Below, piece after piece: positions 52,324 to 64,000 of a stretch of 64,000 nucleotides of DNA; within the stretch, counting starts at the first letter, position 1, and the number at the start of each line of letters is the position of its first letter. The stretch is taken from the NCBI RefSeq assembly GCF_018350175.1, contig NC_058368.1, positions 220,226,001 through 220,290,000 on the forward strand, in the 5' to 3' direction. The position numbers were made by a program, and so were the translations under genes. This DNA comes from Felis catus. Its lineage: Eukaryota. The notes under the pieces were generated by a model that searched no databases, was not told the origin of the DNA, and saw only the letters and a program-made list of their open reading frames with translations.

Positions 52324-55300
52324 ATGACTCTCAACCCGTATCTTTCTATAATAACACTGAATGTAAATGGATTAAATGCACCAACCAAAAGACACAGGGT
52401 ATCAGAATGGATAAAAAAACAAGACCCATCTATTTTCTGTCTACAAGAGACTCATTTTAGACCTGAGGACACCTTTAGATTGAGAGTGAGGGGATGGAGA
52501 ACTATTTATCATGCGACTGGAAGCCAAAAGAAAGCTGGAGTAGCCATACTTATATCAGACAAACTAGACTTTAAATTAAAGGCTGTAACAAGAGATGAAG
52601 AAGGACATTATATAATAGTTACAGGGTCTATCCATCAGGAAGAGCTAACAATTATAAATGTCTATGCGCCGAATACCGGAGCCCCCAAATATATAAAACA
52701 ATTACTCATAAACATAAGCAACCTTATTGATAAGAATGTGGTAATTGCAGGGGACTTTAACACCCCACTTACAGAAATGGACAGATCATCTAGACACACG
52801 GTCAATAAAGAAACAAGGGCCCTGAATGACACATTGGATCAGATGGACTTGACAGATATATTTAGAACGCTGCATCCCAAAGCAACAGAATATACTTTCT
52901 TCTCGAGTGCACATGGAACATTCTCCAAGACAGATCATATACTGGGTCACAAAACAGCCCTTCATAAGTTTACAAGAATTGAAATTATACCATGCATACT
53001 TTCAGACCACAATGCTATGAAGCTTGAAATCAACCACAGGAAAAAGTCTGGAAAACCTCCAAAGGGATGGAGGTTAAAGAACACCCTACTAACAAATGAG
53101 TGGGTCAACCAGGCAATTAGAGAAGAAATTAAAAAATATATGGAAACAAACGAAAATGAAAATACAACAATCCAAACGCTTTGGGACGCAGCGAAGGCAG
53201 TCCTGAGAGGAAAATACATTGCAATCCAGGCCTATCTCAAGAAACAAGAAAAATCCCAAATACAAAATCTAACAGCACACCTAAAGGAACTAGAAGCAGA
53301 ACAGCAAAGGCAGCCTAAACCCAGCAGAAGAAGAGAAATAATAAAGATCAGAGCAGAAATAAACAATATAGAATCTAAAAAAACTGTAGAGCAGATCAAC
53401 GAAACCAAGAGTTGGTTTTTTGAAAAAATAAACAAAATTGACAAACCTCTAGCCAGGCTTCTCAAAAAGAAAAGGGAAATGACCCAAATAGATAAAATCA
53501 TGAATGAAAATGGAATTATTACAACCAATCCCTCAGAGATACAAACAATTATCAGGGAATACTATGAAAAATTATATGCCAACAAATGGGACAACCTGGA
53601 AGAAATGGACAAATTCCTGAACACCCACACTCTTCCAAAACTCAATCAGGAGGAAATAGAAAGCTTGAACAGACCCATAACCAGCGAAAAAATTGAATCG
53701 GTTATCAAAAATCTCCCAACAAATAAGAGTCCAGGACCAGATGGCTTCCCAGGGGAGTTCTACCAGACGTTTAAAGCAGAGATAATACCTATCCTTCTCA
53801 AGCTATTCCAAGAAATAGAAAGGGAAGGAAAACTTCCAGATTCATTCTATGAAGCCAGTATTACTTTGATTCCTAAACCAGACAGAGACCCAGTAAAAAA
53901 AGAGAACTACAGGCCAATATCCCTGATGAATATGGATGCAAAAATTCTCAATAAGATACTAGCAAATCGAATTCAACGGCATATAAAAAGAATTATTCAC
54001 CATGATCAAGTGGGATTCATTCCTGGGATGCAGGGCTGGTTCAACATTCGCAAATCAATCAACGTGATACATCACATTAACAAAAAAAAAGAGAAGAACC
54101 ATATGATCCTGTCAATCGATGCAGAAAAGGCCTTTGACAAAATCCAGCACCCTTTCTTAATAAAAACCCTTGAGAAAGTCGGGATAGAAGGAACATACTT
54201 AAAGATCATAAAAGCCATTTATGAAAAGCCCACAGCTAACATCATCCTCAACGGGGAAAAACTGAGAGCTTTTTCCCTGAGATCAGGAACACGACAAGGA
54301 TGCCCACTCTCACCGCTGCTGTTTAACATAGTGCTGGAAGTTCTAGCATCAGCAATCAGACAACAAAAGGAAATCAAAGGCATCAAAATTGGCAAAGACG
54401 AAGTCAAGCTTTCGCTTTTTGCAGATGACATGATATTATACATGGAAAATCCGACAGACTCCACCAAAAGTCTACTAGAACTGATACATGAATTCAGCAA
54501 AGTTGCAGGATACAAAATCAATGTACAGAAATCAGTTGCATTCTTATACACTAACAATGAAGCAACAGAAAGACAAATAAAGAAACTGATCCCATTCACA
54601 ATTGCACCAAGAAGCATAAAATACCTAGGAATAAATCTAACCAAAGATGTAAAGGATCTGTATGCTGAAAACTATAGAAAGCTTATGAAGGAAATTGAAG
54701 AAGATTTAAAGAAATGGAAAGACATTCCCTGCTCATGGATTGGAAAAATAAATATTGTCAAAATGTCAATACTACCCAAAGCTATCTACACATTCAATGC
54801 AATCCCAATCAAAATTGCACCAGCATTCTTCTCGAAACTAGAACAAGCAATCCTAAAATTCATATGGAACCACAAAAGGCCCCGAATAGCCAAAGGAATT
54901 TTGAAGAAGAAGACCAAAGCAGGAGGCATCACAATCCCAGACTTTAGCCTCTACTACAAAGCTGTCATCATCAAGACAGCATGGTATTGGCACAAAAACA
55001 GACACATAGACCAATGGAATAGAATAGAAACCCCAGAACTAGACCCACAAACGTACGGCCAACTCATCTTTGACAAAGCAGGAAAGAACATCCAATGGAA
55101 AAAAGACAGCCTCTTTAACAAATGGTGCTGGGAGAACTGGACAGCAACATGCAGAAGGTTGAAACTAGACCACTTTCTCACACCACTCACAAAAATAAAC
55201 TCAAAATGGATAAAGGACCTAAATGTGAGACAGGAAACCATCAAAACCTTAGAGGAGAAAGCAGGAAAAGACCTCTCTGACCTCAGCCGTAGCAATCTCT

Positions 55301-56148
55301 TACTCGACACATCCCCAAAGTTAAGGGAATTAAAAGCAAAAGTGAATTACTGGGACCTTATGAAGATAAAAAGCTTCTGCACAGCAAAGGAAACAACCAA
55401 CAAAACTAAAAGGCAACCAACGGAATGGGAAAAGATATTCGCAAATGACATATCGGACAAAGGGCTAGTATCCAAAATCTATAAAGAGCTCACCAAACTC
55501 CACACCCGAAAAACAAATAACCCACTGAAGAAATGGGCAGAAAACATGAATAGACACTTCTCTAAAGAAGACATCCGGATGGCCAACAGGCACATGAAAA
55601 GATGTTCAGCGTCGCTCCTTATCAGGGAAATACAAATCAAAACCACACTCAGGTATCACCTCACGCCAGTCAGAGTGGCCAAAATGAACAAATCAGGAGA
55701 CTCTAGATGCTGGAGAGGATGTGGAGAAACGGGAACCCTCTTGCACTGTTGGTGGGAATGCAAATTGGTGCAGCCGCTCTGGAAAGCAGTGTGGAGGTTC
55801 CTCAGAAAATTAAAAATAGACCTACCCTATGACCCAGCAATAGCACTGCTAGGAATTTATCCAAGGGATACAGGAGTACTGATGCATAGGGCCACTTGTA
55901 CCCCAATGTTCATAGCAGCACTCTCAACAATAGCCAAATTATGGAAAGAGCCTAAATGTCCATCAACTGATGAATGGATAAAGAAATTGTGGTTTATATA
56001 CACAATGGAATATTACGTGGCAATGAGAAAAAATGAAATATGGCCTTTTGTAGCAACGTGGATGGAACTGGAGAGTGTGATGCTAAGTGAAATAAGCCAT
56101 ACAGAGAAAGACAGATACCATATGGTTTCACTCTTATGTGGACCCTGA
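52324..56148 (+). CDS. LINE-1 ORF2p (APE endonuclease, reverse transcriptase, Cys-rich domain), 1274 aa, uninterrupted
   Basis: First ATG at 52324 ([17 protein letters not shown]); motifs LQETH, GDFN, SDH, QGCPLSP, FADD, YLG and [18 protein letters not shown] (CX3CX7HX4C). Confidence 0.97.
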   Translation: MTLNPYLSIITLNVNGLNAPTKRHRVSEWIKKQDPSIFCLQETHFRPEDTFRLRVRGWRTIYHATGSQKKAGVAILISDKLDFKLKAVTRDEEGHYIIVTGSIHQEELTIINVYAPNTGAPKYIKQLLINISNLIDKNVVIAGDFNTPLTEMDRSSRHTVNKETRALNDTLDQMDLTDIFRTLHPKATEYTFFSSAHGTFSKTDHILGHKTALHKFTRIEIIPCILSDHNAMKLEINHRKKSGKPPKGWRLKNTLLTNEWVNQAIREEIKKYMETNENENTTIQTLWDAAKAVLRGKYIAIQAYLKKQEKSQIQNLTAHLKELEAEQQRQPKPSRRREIIKIRAEINNIESKKTVEQINETKSWFFEKINKIDKPLARLLKKKREMTQIDKIMNENGIITTNPSEIQTIIREYYEKLYANKWDNLEEMDKFLNTHTLPKLNQEEIESLNRPITSEKIESVIKNLPTNKSPGPDGFPGEFYQTFKAEIIPILLKLFQEIEREGKLPDSFYEASITLIPKPDRDPVKKENYRPISLMNMDAKILNKILANRIQRHIKRIIHHDQVGFIPGMQGWFNIRKSINVIHHINKKKEKNHMILSIDAEKAFDKIQHPFLIKTLEKVGIEGTYLKIIKAIYEKPTANIILNGEKLRAFSLRSGTRQGCPLSPLLFNIVLEVLASAIRQQKEIKGIKIGKDEVKLSLFADDMILYMENPTDSTKSLLELIHEFSKVAGYKINVQKSVAFLYTNNEATERQIKKLIPFTIAPRSIKYLGINLTKDVKDLYAENYRKLMKEIEEDLKKWKDIPCSWIGKINIVKMSILPKAIYTFNAIPIKIAPAFFSKLEQAILKFIWNHKRPRIAKGILKKKTKAGGITIPDFSLYYKAVIIKTAWYWHKNRHIDQWNRIETPELDPQTYGQLIFDKAGKNIQWKKDSLFNKWCWENWTATCRRLKLDHFLTPLTKINSKWIKDLNVRQETIKTLEEKAGKDLSDLSRSNLLLDTSPKLRELKAKVNYWDLMKIKSFCTAKETTNKTKRQPTEWEKIFANDISDKGLVSKIYKELTKLHTRKTNNPLKKWAENMNRHFSKEDIRMANRHMKRCSASLLIREIQIKTTLRYHLTPVRVAKMNKSGDSRCWRGCGETGTLLHCWWECKLVQPLWKAVWRFLRKLKIDLPYDPAIALLGIYPRDTGVLMHRATCTPMFIAALSTIAKLWKEPKCPSTDEWIKKLWFIYTMEYYVAMRKNEIWPFVATWMELESVMLSEISHTEKDRYHMVSLLCGP

Positions 56149-56999
56149 GAAATTAACAGGAACCCATGGGGGAGGGGAAGGAAAAAAAAAAAACAGGTTA
56201 GAGTGGGAGAGAGCCAAAGCATAAGAGACTCTTAAAAACTGAGAACAAACTGAGGGTTGATGGGGGGTGGGAGGGAGGAGAGGGTGGGTGATGGGTATTG
56301 AGGAGGGCACCTTTTGGGATGAGCACTGGGTGTTGTATGGAAACTAATTTGTCAATAAATTTCATATAAAAAAAATAAAAATAAATAAATAAATAAAAAA
56401 TAAAAAATAAATTAAAAAAAATAAAAAAAAAATAAAATCGCACAAAAAGAAAAAGATTCCATTGAGCCAGTAGATAGCAGTGATTCCATTAGTGTTAGTG
56501 AAAGTCATCCTACACAGTAACACTCCTCTCTCTTGTCTCCCTCACACCAGCTCGAAGCTTTTTGAAGGTAAATGCAGGTTAATTCATTTATTTCTCCTTA
56601 TATATTGTAACTTCTTTACTATTTTGTATTAGTTACTGTATTGGAATCATTTTTATATGAATATTTTTGGGTTGTGGAATGAATCATCTGAATTTGCATG
56701 ATTTCTTATGGGGAAATTCACCTTGATATACAAGTGCTTTGGATGACAAGCATGTTTCCAAAACAAATTTTGGTCACAAACCAAGATTTTACTGTATTCA
56801 GAACCTGATCATACTGTTTATTGTGTGTTTTGGTGAGTTTTTCTTGTCAGTAAAAGAGACCCAGGATAGTTTCCCATGCCAAGATCCTTAATATAATCAT
56901 GTCTGCCAAGAATTTTCTCTTTATTAGATGATATTTACAGGTTTCAGTGGTTAAGACCTAGTATCTTTGGATAGCTATTATTCAACTTACAATATAAAG

Positions 57000-57220
57000 T
57001 TTTATTTTATTTTTATTTGAGAGAGAGAAACAGAGAGACAGAGAGAGGAGGATGGGCCAGGGGGGAGGGGGGAAGACAGAGAATGAGAATCCCAAGCAGG
57101 CTCCATGTTTAATGTTTAGTGCAGAGCCTGATGCAAGGCTCCATCTCATGACCTTGGGATCATGACCTGAGCCGAAATCAAGAGTGAGACACTCAACTGC
57201 CTGAGCCACTCAGACCCCCC
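57000..57220 (-). mobile_element. CanSINE (older subfamily)
   Basis: TSD acaa(t/c)ataaagttt. Confidence 0.93.
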
Positions 57221-57254
57221 ACAACATAAAGTTTAATCATGAGTAAAACATAGA

Positions 57255-57615
57255 CAAACACCAACTCAGGAACATTTTACCAGTAATCTACTAATCATCA
57301 AGGTCACAAATAACAGGATAAGGCTGAGAAACTGTCACAACCAAGAGGATCAAGGTCACATGAGTACTGAATGTAATGTGGTACCCTGAATGAGATCCAA
57401 GTGGGAAAGGAAAGAAATTAAGAAAAAGATGAGGAAACTTGTGTAAGGTATGGACTTCAGTTAATAGTAAAGTGGTGTTATTGGCTCATTAGTTATGGGA
57501 AATTTACCATAATTAGTTAAATGATTATAATAGGTGAAACTGAGTATTGGTTATACAGGAACTATTTATACTATCTTTGCAATAATTCTGTAAATCTGAA
57601 ACTTTTCTAAAAATT
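57255..57615 (+). mobile_element. Old L1 3' UTR end (L1MC-like)
   Basis: ggctgagaaactgtcaca, atgtaatgtggtaccctg, caggaactatttatactatctttgcaa...tgtaaatctgaaact. Confidence 0.75.
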
Positions 57616-57826
57616 GGGGGCACCTGGGTGACTCAGTCGGCTGAGCATTCAGCTTCACCTCAGATCATGATTTCATGGTTCATGAGTTCAAGTCCTGCAT
57701 CGGGCTCTGTGCTGACAGCTCAGAGCCTAGAGCCCGCTTTGGGATTTTGTTTCCCTCTTTCTCTGCCCCTCCCCCACTCACCCTCTGTTTCTCTCTCAAA
57801 CATGAACATTATTTTTTTTTAATTTA
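57616..57826 (+). mobile_element. CanSINE
   Basis: TSD aaact(t/g)ttctaaaaatt. Confidence 0.94.
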
Positions 57827-58249
57827 AAACTGTTCTAAAAATTGTATTAAAGAAAAGTTTAATAAAGGCATCATCATTAATAAGTATACTGACCCCTTCC
57901 TTCAGAGCTGCTACTCTATACATTGGGTGGAACTCTAGCGTGTTTTAGATGGCCTGCTTCCCTCTTGCTTTCTGACTACTGGACTGGTTCTCAGGTGTGA
58001 CGGTAGGAGTTGTGGCGATTACAGTCTTACCCTCCTCATCTAGCCTCCTGAACAGAGGAAAACATAATGAACAATGATATTGAAAAGAAGAGAAAGGAAA
58101 AGAGATAAGAGAATAAATCATCTCAAGTTGAACTGTTGGTCAATGAAAATGGAGAAATAAGTACAACTTTCTTTTGCCATTAGTAAGGGTGGTGTGATTA
58201 TTTTAATACAGGAATTATAAATATACTCTACAGAATAAAATCATCAAAT

Positions 58250-58479
58250 TTATTTTTTAAGTTTTTTAAGAGTTTTTTTTTTTTTTTTTTTTTTTGAAAG
58301 AGCAACAGAAAAAGTGAGCAGGGAGGGGCAGAAAGAGAGAAGAGAGAAAATCCCAAGCAGGCTCTTTAACTGTCAGCACAGAACCCGATGCAGGGCTCGA
58401 ACTCAACAACCGTGAGATCATGACCTGAGGTGAAACCAAGAGTCAGGCTCTTAACTGACTGAGCCATCCAGGGGTCCCC
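58250..58479 (-). mobile_element. CanSINE
   Basis: TSD aaatc(a/g)tcaaattt. Confidence 0.94.
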
Positions 58480-58915
58480 AAATCGTCAAATTTAACTGTT
58501 AGACTCTTGGTTGCAAAATAGTCATGATGCACTGCACATAAGTACATAAGCTAAGAATGAGTATTAGATTTATTTATTTTTCTCAATGTTATAAAAGTAT
58601 AAATTCTAAGTAAAATTTTGTCAACATTTATGCAAGAATTGAGGGTTTTTTTTCCCATATCTGCAAACTAACAAGTTAGCTTTCTACAAGAGCATAGATT
58701 CTGACAGAATACTTGGAACTCCTAGGTCAGAGACAAATGACTTTATTATTCCCTGAAATAGCAGTAGACACAGTATCAGTATTTGTATCAGTTCCTCAAG
58801 TTCGAAGTCCCTCAGGGAGACATGAAGAGGGCCAAATGATCCTGTATACACACAATGAAGGGAACTCCAGGAGACAAACCCCAAGTTTAGGGAACATGAA
58901 TCTTTTAAAATGAAC

Positions 58916-59218
58916 TGTATATTCATCAGAGTTCCCTAGAAAAACAGAACCAATAGGAGATTAGATATAGGTATAGACAGAGTGACTTATGATTTATTGT
59001 AAAGATTGACTCACATAATTATGGTGGCTGACAAATCCCAAGACTTACAGGATGAGTCTACATGCTGGGGAATCAGGAAAGCAGATGATGTTGTTCCATT
59101 CTGATTCACATGTTTGTCTCCTCCACAAATACTCTCACAGACATACCCAGAATAATGTTTGACCAAATATCTGGGCATTTATGGCCAATTCAAGTTGACA
59201 CATAAAATTAACCATCAT
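58916..59218. mobile_element. MLT2-type ERVL solo LTR, probably nested in another old LTR (~58690-59447)
   Basis: cagagttccctagaaaaacagaaccaatagga start and caagttgacacataaaattaaccatca end. Confidence 0.8.
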
Positions 59219-61780
59219 AAGATATTAGCCGGCATACATTTTGCTTCTAAATAGGCTTTATTTTCATTTTATTTGAAACTATGATTTGCTCTATTTGGAG
59301 ACACTGTGTCTATCTTCCAAGATGGTTCACTTTGAAAAAATCCTTTGAATGACAGCCCAGACCAAGGCAGGCGTTACTTCCTCTCAAGAGGCACAGAGGC
59401 CATGAAGACCATAGAGACCAAAAGACCGTGGAGAACTGTTACCAACAAATTTGAAGAGTATTTGTAGCCACATGTTACTTGAAATATTTAAACAAAATGT
59501 GTATTCACATCTTTAATGTATTGCTTTCAGAGTTTGACATGATGAGACTTACAAACATAAACAGTTAGGAAAGATTGTGTAAAATGCTAACTACACATCC
59601 AAGTAAAAACAACAAGTTAAAAAAGTTTTAAAACTTACCAGTAATTATGTGTATAAATGTGCATATGGCACTAAAGTTATGGAGAAGTGATTTACTAGGG
59701 CATTTCAGATCTTAATTTTGAAAACCAATTTCAGGTAAAATGTTCCCATAGTGTGCTATAAAAACACTTCATCTTCTTTATTTGTATATAGTTTTCATAG
59801 AGAGAGTATTCAGTTAATGTTACATAAATGTTTCATGTGTCACTTGTATCATATAAATAACAAATTAGGTCATGAAGTTCCATGTGGATGAATAGCCATT
59901 TCTCCAAGTTACCTGAAATATAAATGTATAATCAAGTGATATGCTTTCTTCTAATAATGCCCAACTTAAAAATATTAAGGATTACATCCTTTAAGGAATA
60001 CAAGTTTTGCTACCATCTTTCAACAGCTATGGGAAGGTCTAATAGCCCAGTCACATTAGAGGAAATTTTTTGTTTGGGTTTATTTGAAGACTTACTTTAG
60101 GGAAGACTGAACATCAACTCTGTTCTTCAACTTCATATTTAATATTCTTATCTGCAATGTATTTTCCTTCCCAAACAATGAAGATGTTTTTATTTCCATA
60201 TAAATCTATTCCCCAATAAAAATTTCAGGAAAACTGAATATGCTAATCATAAGGAAGTTTGTTTCTGAGGATACTAAGTCTCAGGTTCCAAGTTGTGTTT
60301 TCCTGTGTGATGAGTAGTTTTCCGTGGGTTCAAAGCAAGCCCTGTGACAAAATGTGAAAAGACACATGGAGTGTACTTGAGGCAAGATTGTCAATGTGAG
60401 GCTGAACTTGCAGGAACTGACCACAGGAGCCACAGCTAGCATCAGTTAAGCCAAATGGATGTGACTACGGTGACCAGAAGACAAAGTCATAGTTTACTCT
60501 TGCACTAAATTTGCTCCACAGTTACATTCACTTCGTTACTGGGTCCGCAAGAATGTAGCTAACTGTAATCTAAAAATAACTTCATAAAAGAAGTTTTTCA
60601 GAACTAAGTTTCTTTTCTCATGAAAGTTAGATGGGAATAGGTGGGTACTAATCAAATACATATACTATGTGTAATATTCATTCTGGTGGTAGGTGAGAAT
60701 AGGCATTCTGATGAATATACTGCATATATATGGAGAGAAAATAATGGTGGTATTGGCATGGATGGTGGTGAGGTTTTATAAATCTAGCCTGAATAGAATG
60801 ATCTGTTTTATGCTGAAGGTTTGACTTATTACTTTCTCAATCCTTAGACCTGGAACAACTACAAACAAAAAACTCAGTAATTGTGTATTTCATAAAGAAG
60901 TTAGGATATAATGAAACTCACTCAGTGTTATGGAAATCGCAAGTCCTCGGTACATTTTGAAGGTATATTTGTCTTCTCCAAATGCAAAGTGACATTTTCA
61001 TTTTTAGCTTAGAAAATTTATGTTTATAGTTTTTCCTAAGGAAAATAAAAACAGAAAATGCACTCTGACATGTACACTTGATCATATGTTAGCATAGCTG
61101 AAAAAATATGTAAATAGAATAGGTTGATTGCATACATTAGTACTCAATCTCTTCTTACTCCACTTCCATACCATCAATAAAACAGAGGAGCTTTTGAGAA
61201 TTGAAAGATCTCAGTTTGCTCTTGGTTTCATACTTTCATCATTGATGAAACAGTATTACAAAGTACCTGCATATTTCCTAAATGTTTCCTTTACAGTTTG
61301 ATATAGACTGTAAGAATGTGTGCATATGTTATGGCCACAGATAACAAGATGCAATAAGGGGAAAGAGAACAATGCAATGAATTATTATTAGTGATTTCTC
61401 AGCTCAGTTTCATATATATGATATCATACATCCTGTCACTATAGAAGAGTGGGTAAGAGTTTATTTAATACCTGAAGTGTTTTCAGTAGCATTTTGGGAG
61501 AGTACTGTTGCCAGGGAATAATGAAGCAACTGTCATCTAGATAACCTTGGGGAAACAATGTTTTCATTGGGTATGTAAATCTCCCTTACATCAATGAATT
61601 GTTTTTACACAGCTAAGAAATTGTCACTTTTTAAAGAAATAAAGGAATTTTCCGTTACCAATTTTATAAGGGAAATCACTCACCTGAAATAAATGATAAT
61701 TCACATTTAGTGCCTGGTAAAGAAGAGAAATTTCAGTTTTGTCTTCTGTGTCAGAGTCAAATTAAGAAAAAACACACAAT

Positions 61781-61990
61781 AGTGTCGCCTGGGTGGTTCA
61801 GTTAGTTAAACATCTGACTCTTGATTTCAGCTCAGGTCATGATCTCATGGTTCATGAGATCTAGCCCTGAGTCCTGCTGACAGCCTGCTTGGGATTCTCT
61901 CTCTCCCTTTTTCTCTGCCAATCCCACCTGTGGTCACTTACCCTCTATCTCTCTCTCAAAATCAATAAATAAATGTATCAATCAATCAAT
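61781..61990 (+). mobile_element. CanSINE (older subfamily)
   Basis: SINE body; (AATC)n tail. Confidence 0.92.
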
Positions 61991-62609
61991 CACAACAATA
62001 AAAGCAAAGCTCAGAAATAACACCAAAGCCAAATAATTGATGTAGAATGGCAATCTAAGAAGATAATTCATAGAATACATACCTGCATACACACTGGCTT
62101 CAGCCCATTATTTGAAAACATTGTCCTTTGTTTTTCTGGCTAACAGAAGTAGGTTAAACAATGGTTAGCCAATTCCTGTGGAGAAATATGTATATTAAGA
62201 CAAAAAGAAGAATGAGTAAACCCACAAGTTACTAAAATCAGTAAAAAAATAAATTCCTGTGGATCTTCCTCAAAGTTTACTTGTCTGGCTTTATCTTACA
62301 TAAACATTTAGCATCTCTAGTCTTAGACATTTACAAATTAGTTTTGGCACCATTTTGGATACTCATATTATTTTCTAATGATCATCTTTATATAACAAAT
62401 TATGCTTTTGTTTTATACAGGGTTTCCACCTTTCATATTCTTTAGTTTATTATTCAAAACGATTCGACTCTCAAACTCTTACTGAAATTAGATATATTTA
62501 CTTTTCATATAATAAAGGACATATGCATTATGTATTTTATATTTCATATTTATGTATTAAGTATCCTTGAATTAGGTTTTTCTCCTTTCACTCTCTCAAT
62601 GCCAGGTTT

Positions 62610-62902
62610 ATATACATCATATATATATGCATACATGTATATATATGTATATTTATGTATATATATGTGCATGTATGTATACATATGTATATATACAATG
62701 TTTATTTACTTATTTTGAGAGAGACAGAGCACAACTGGGAGAGGGGCAGAGAGAAAGAGAGAGAGGGAGAGAGAGAGTCCTAAGCAGGCTCTGTGCTCTC
62801 ACCACAGAGCCCAACACAAGGCTCAATCTTACAGCTGTGAGATCATGACCTGAGCTGGAATTAAGAGTCAATGCTTAAACAACTGAGCCACCCAGGCGTC
62901 CC
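62610..62902 (-). mobile_element. CanSINE whose tail has become a (TA/TATG)n tract (62610-62697)
   Basis: TSD tca(a/g)tgccag(g/c)ttt at 62596 and 62903 encloses both tract and body. Confidence 0.9.
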
Positions 62903-62919
62903 TCAGTGCCAGCTTTTGA

Positions 62920-63240
62920 GGAAACAGCCTCCATAGAAAAAAATGTGACCAACCTGAGAACCCCAGACTGTGAGAAGCTCAAGCCCCTGAACAAGGCATG
63001 GAATAGCAGACACCATGTGGATAGAAAGATCAGTGGATACTCAGTTTCTACCAAGAAAGTGAAGAAGCCGTTTCGGATGAGGAAACTCCAACCCTAACCG
63101 CCTCAGTGATGGCAGGTCAATCGGAGATTAATGGCAAAGCAATCCCTTCCTAAATTTTGCTGTGTGGTGAACAAAATTAAATGGTTGTTTTAATCCCTGT
63201 CTTAGGATGGTTTATTAAGCAGCAACATATAAACGAAACA
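62920..63240 (+). mobile_element. MaLR LTR 3' part (MLT1-type)
   Basis: aaatggttgttttaatccctg...ggtttattaagcagcaacatataaacgaaaca end. Confidence 0.6.
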
Positions 63241-63775
63241 TTCCATGCCTGATATAATGAGCACACACGGAACTCTCTGTCCCAGATTTCACTGTGTTCA
63301 CTTTCTGTTTTACCCAAGGGACTGAAGCCACTTTCTTCCCCAGTGTGTCATCAGAACCTAAGTCCTGGGTCTGTACAAACATCCTGACAAGTCTTGAGCC
63401 TGTAGCAAAAATAAGAAACAAAAGAACACATATTTTGCTCTCTCCTAACACACATATTGGGTATTGACTTAAATGTTTACCCTTTAGGCATTTAAATTAG
63501 AGGCCAATTTATATGGGTGTCGTGTCCAGAAACATGTAAATTCTCCCCTCTCCCTGGACCCAACTTTGGCTGCTCTGGGAACCCTGGCCTTGCTAGAAAC
63601 ATTAAGTGGCTCAGTCTTAAACCCCTTTGTGAGGAAATACTAAGTAAATTGTTGACACGCTGTGCACTCTATGTAAAAGCGTTTAAATGCTTGACTTAAA
63701 TGTTCCAAAGGAACCTCAAATCAATCATGTTCTAAACTAGATAAACCTTGTCTCTAAATCTGCCTACACTTTTCC

Positions 63776-63946
63776 TTTTTTTTTTTCAATATATGAAGTT
63801 TATTGTCAAATTGCATTCCATACAACACCCAGTGCTCATCCCAAAAGGTGCCCTCCTCAATACCCATCACCCACCCTCCCCTCCCTCCCACCCCCCATCA
63901 ACCCTCAGTTTGTTCTCAGTTTTTAAGAGTCTCTTATGCTTTGGCT
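63776..63946 (-). mobile_element. Young feline L1, extreme 3'-end insertion
   Basis: Reverse complement of 56212-56368; TSD tg(c/t)ctacacttttcc at 63761-63775 and 63947-63961. Confidence 0.95.
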
Positions 63947-64000
63947 TGTCTACACTTTTCCAATATTTGTCTTATTTACAAGTTAAGTAAACTAGGGCTA

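Larger units (their letters stand above)
52117..56433 (+). mobile_element. Young feline LINE-1, 5'-truncated within ORF1, with intact ORF2, G-rich 3' UTR and A-rich tail
   Basis: Perfect 17-bp TSD aaaatcgcacaaaaaga at 52100-52116 and 56434-56450; TT|AAAA endonuclease site at 52098-52103. Confidence 0.98.
51692..56794. mobile_element. Tc1/mariner (Tigger-like) non-autonomous DNA element, ~770 bp, split by the young L1 (parts 51692-52116 and 56451-56794)
   Basis: Imperfect TIRs caataaaaccttggactgca and cacaaaccaagattttactg, each flanked by TA (51690-51691, 56795-56796). Confidence 0.8.

Noticed and set aside
52962..56443. Minus-strand ORFs inside the young L1
   Set aside because: Antisense shadows of the A-rich L1 sequence, with no independent evidence
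60885..61020. Possible minus-strand exon ending in GA|GTGAGT
   Set aside because: Poor AAG acceptor and no recognisable protein in any frame
63464..63704. 14-bp direct repeat ttgacttaaatgtt around 213 bp, resembling a TSD
   Set aside because: No A-tail or recognisable element inside; a nearby 14-mer repeat is plausible by chance in 64 kb of AT-rich DNA
1..64000. CRISPR arrays, operons, rRNA/tRNA/snRNA genes, CpG-island promoter, ERV coding regions
   Set aside because: None seen; this is mammalian DNA and the tRNA-like A/B boxes all belong to SINE heads

Overview
AT-rich, repeat-dense felid genomic DNA, either intergenic or inside a very long intron. The felid assignment rests on about 27 feline-type CanSINEs and young feline L1 3' ends. 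No spliced host protein-coding gene can be supported from the sequence. Main items: (1) a full-length processed pseudogene of TMEM14C on the minus strand (~518-1739, CDS 1240-1580 with two stops and a frameshift), absent from the ORF track, which splits an old L1 and carries SINE insertions; (2) a young 5'-truncated L1 (52117-56433) with an uninterrupted 1274-aa ORF2 and a perfect 17-bp TSD, inserted into a Tc1/mariner-type DNA element; (3) two 5'-inverted (twin-primed) L1s; (4) an L1 whose 5' UTR is joined directly to mid-ORF2 and which stops at an internal A-tract; (5) many older L1M, L2, MIR, MaLR and Tigger relics plus microsatellites. Speculative items are a minus-strand AG|GTGAG recursive-splice-like site (14960), a 17-nt microexon-like unit (58031-58047), a perfect 21-bp inverted repeat and a repeat-free enhancer-like block. 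I found no convincing new biological system. Repeat subfamily names come from recall of consensus sequences and need a Dfam/RepeatMasker check; boundaries of old repeats are approximate.
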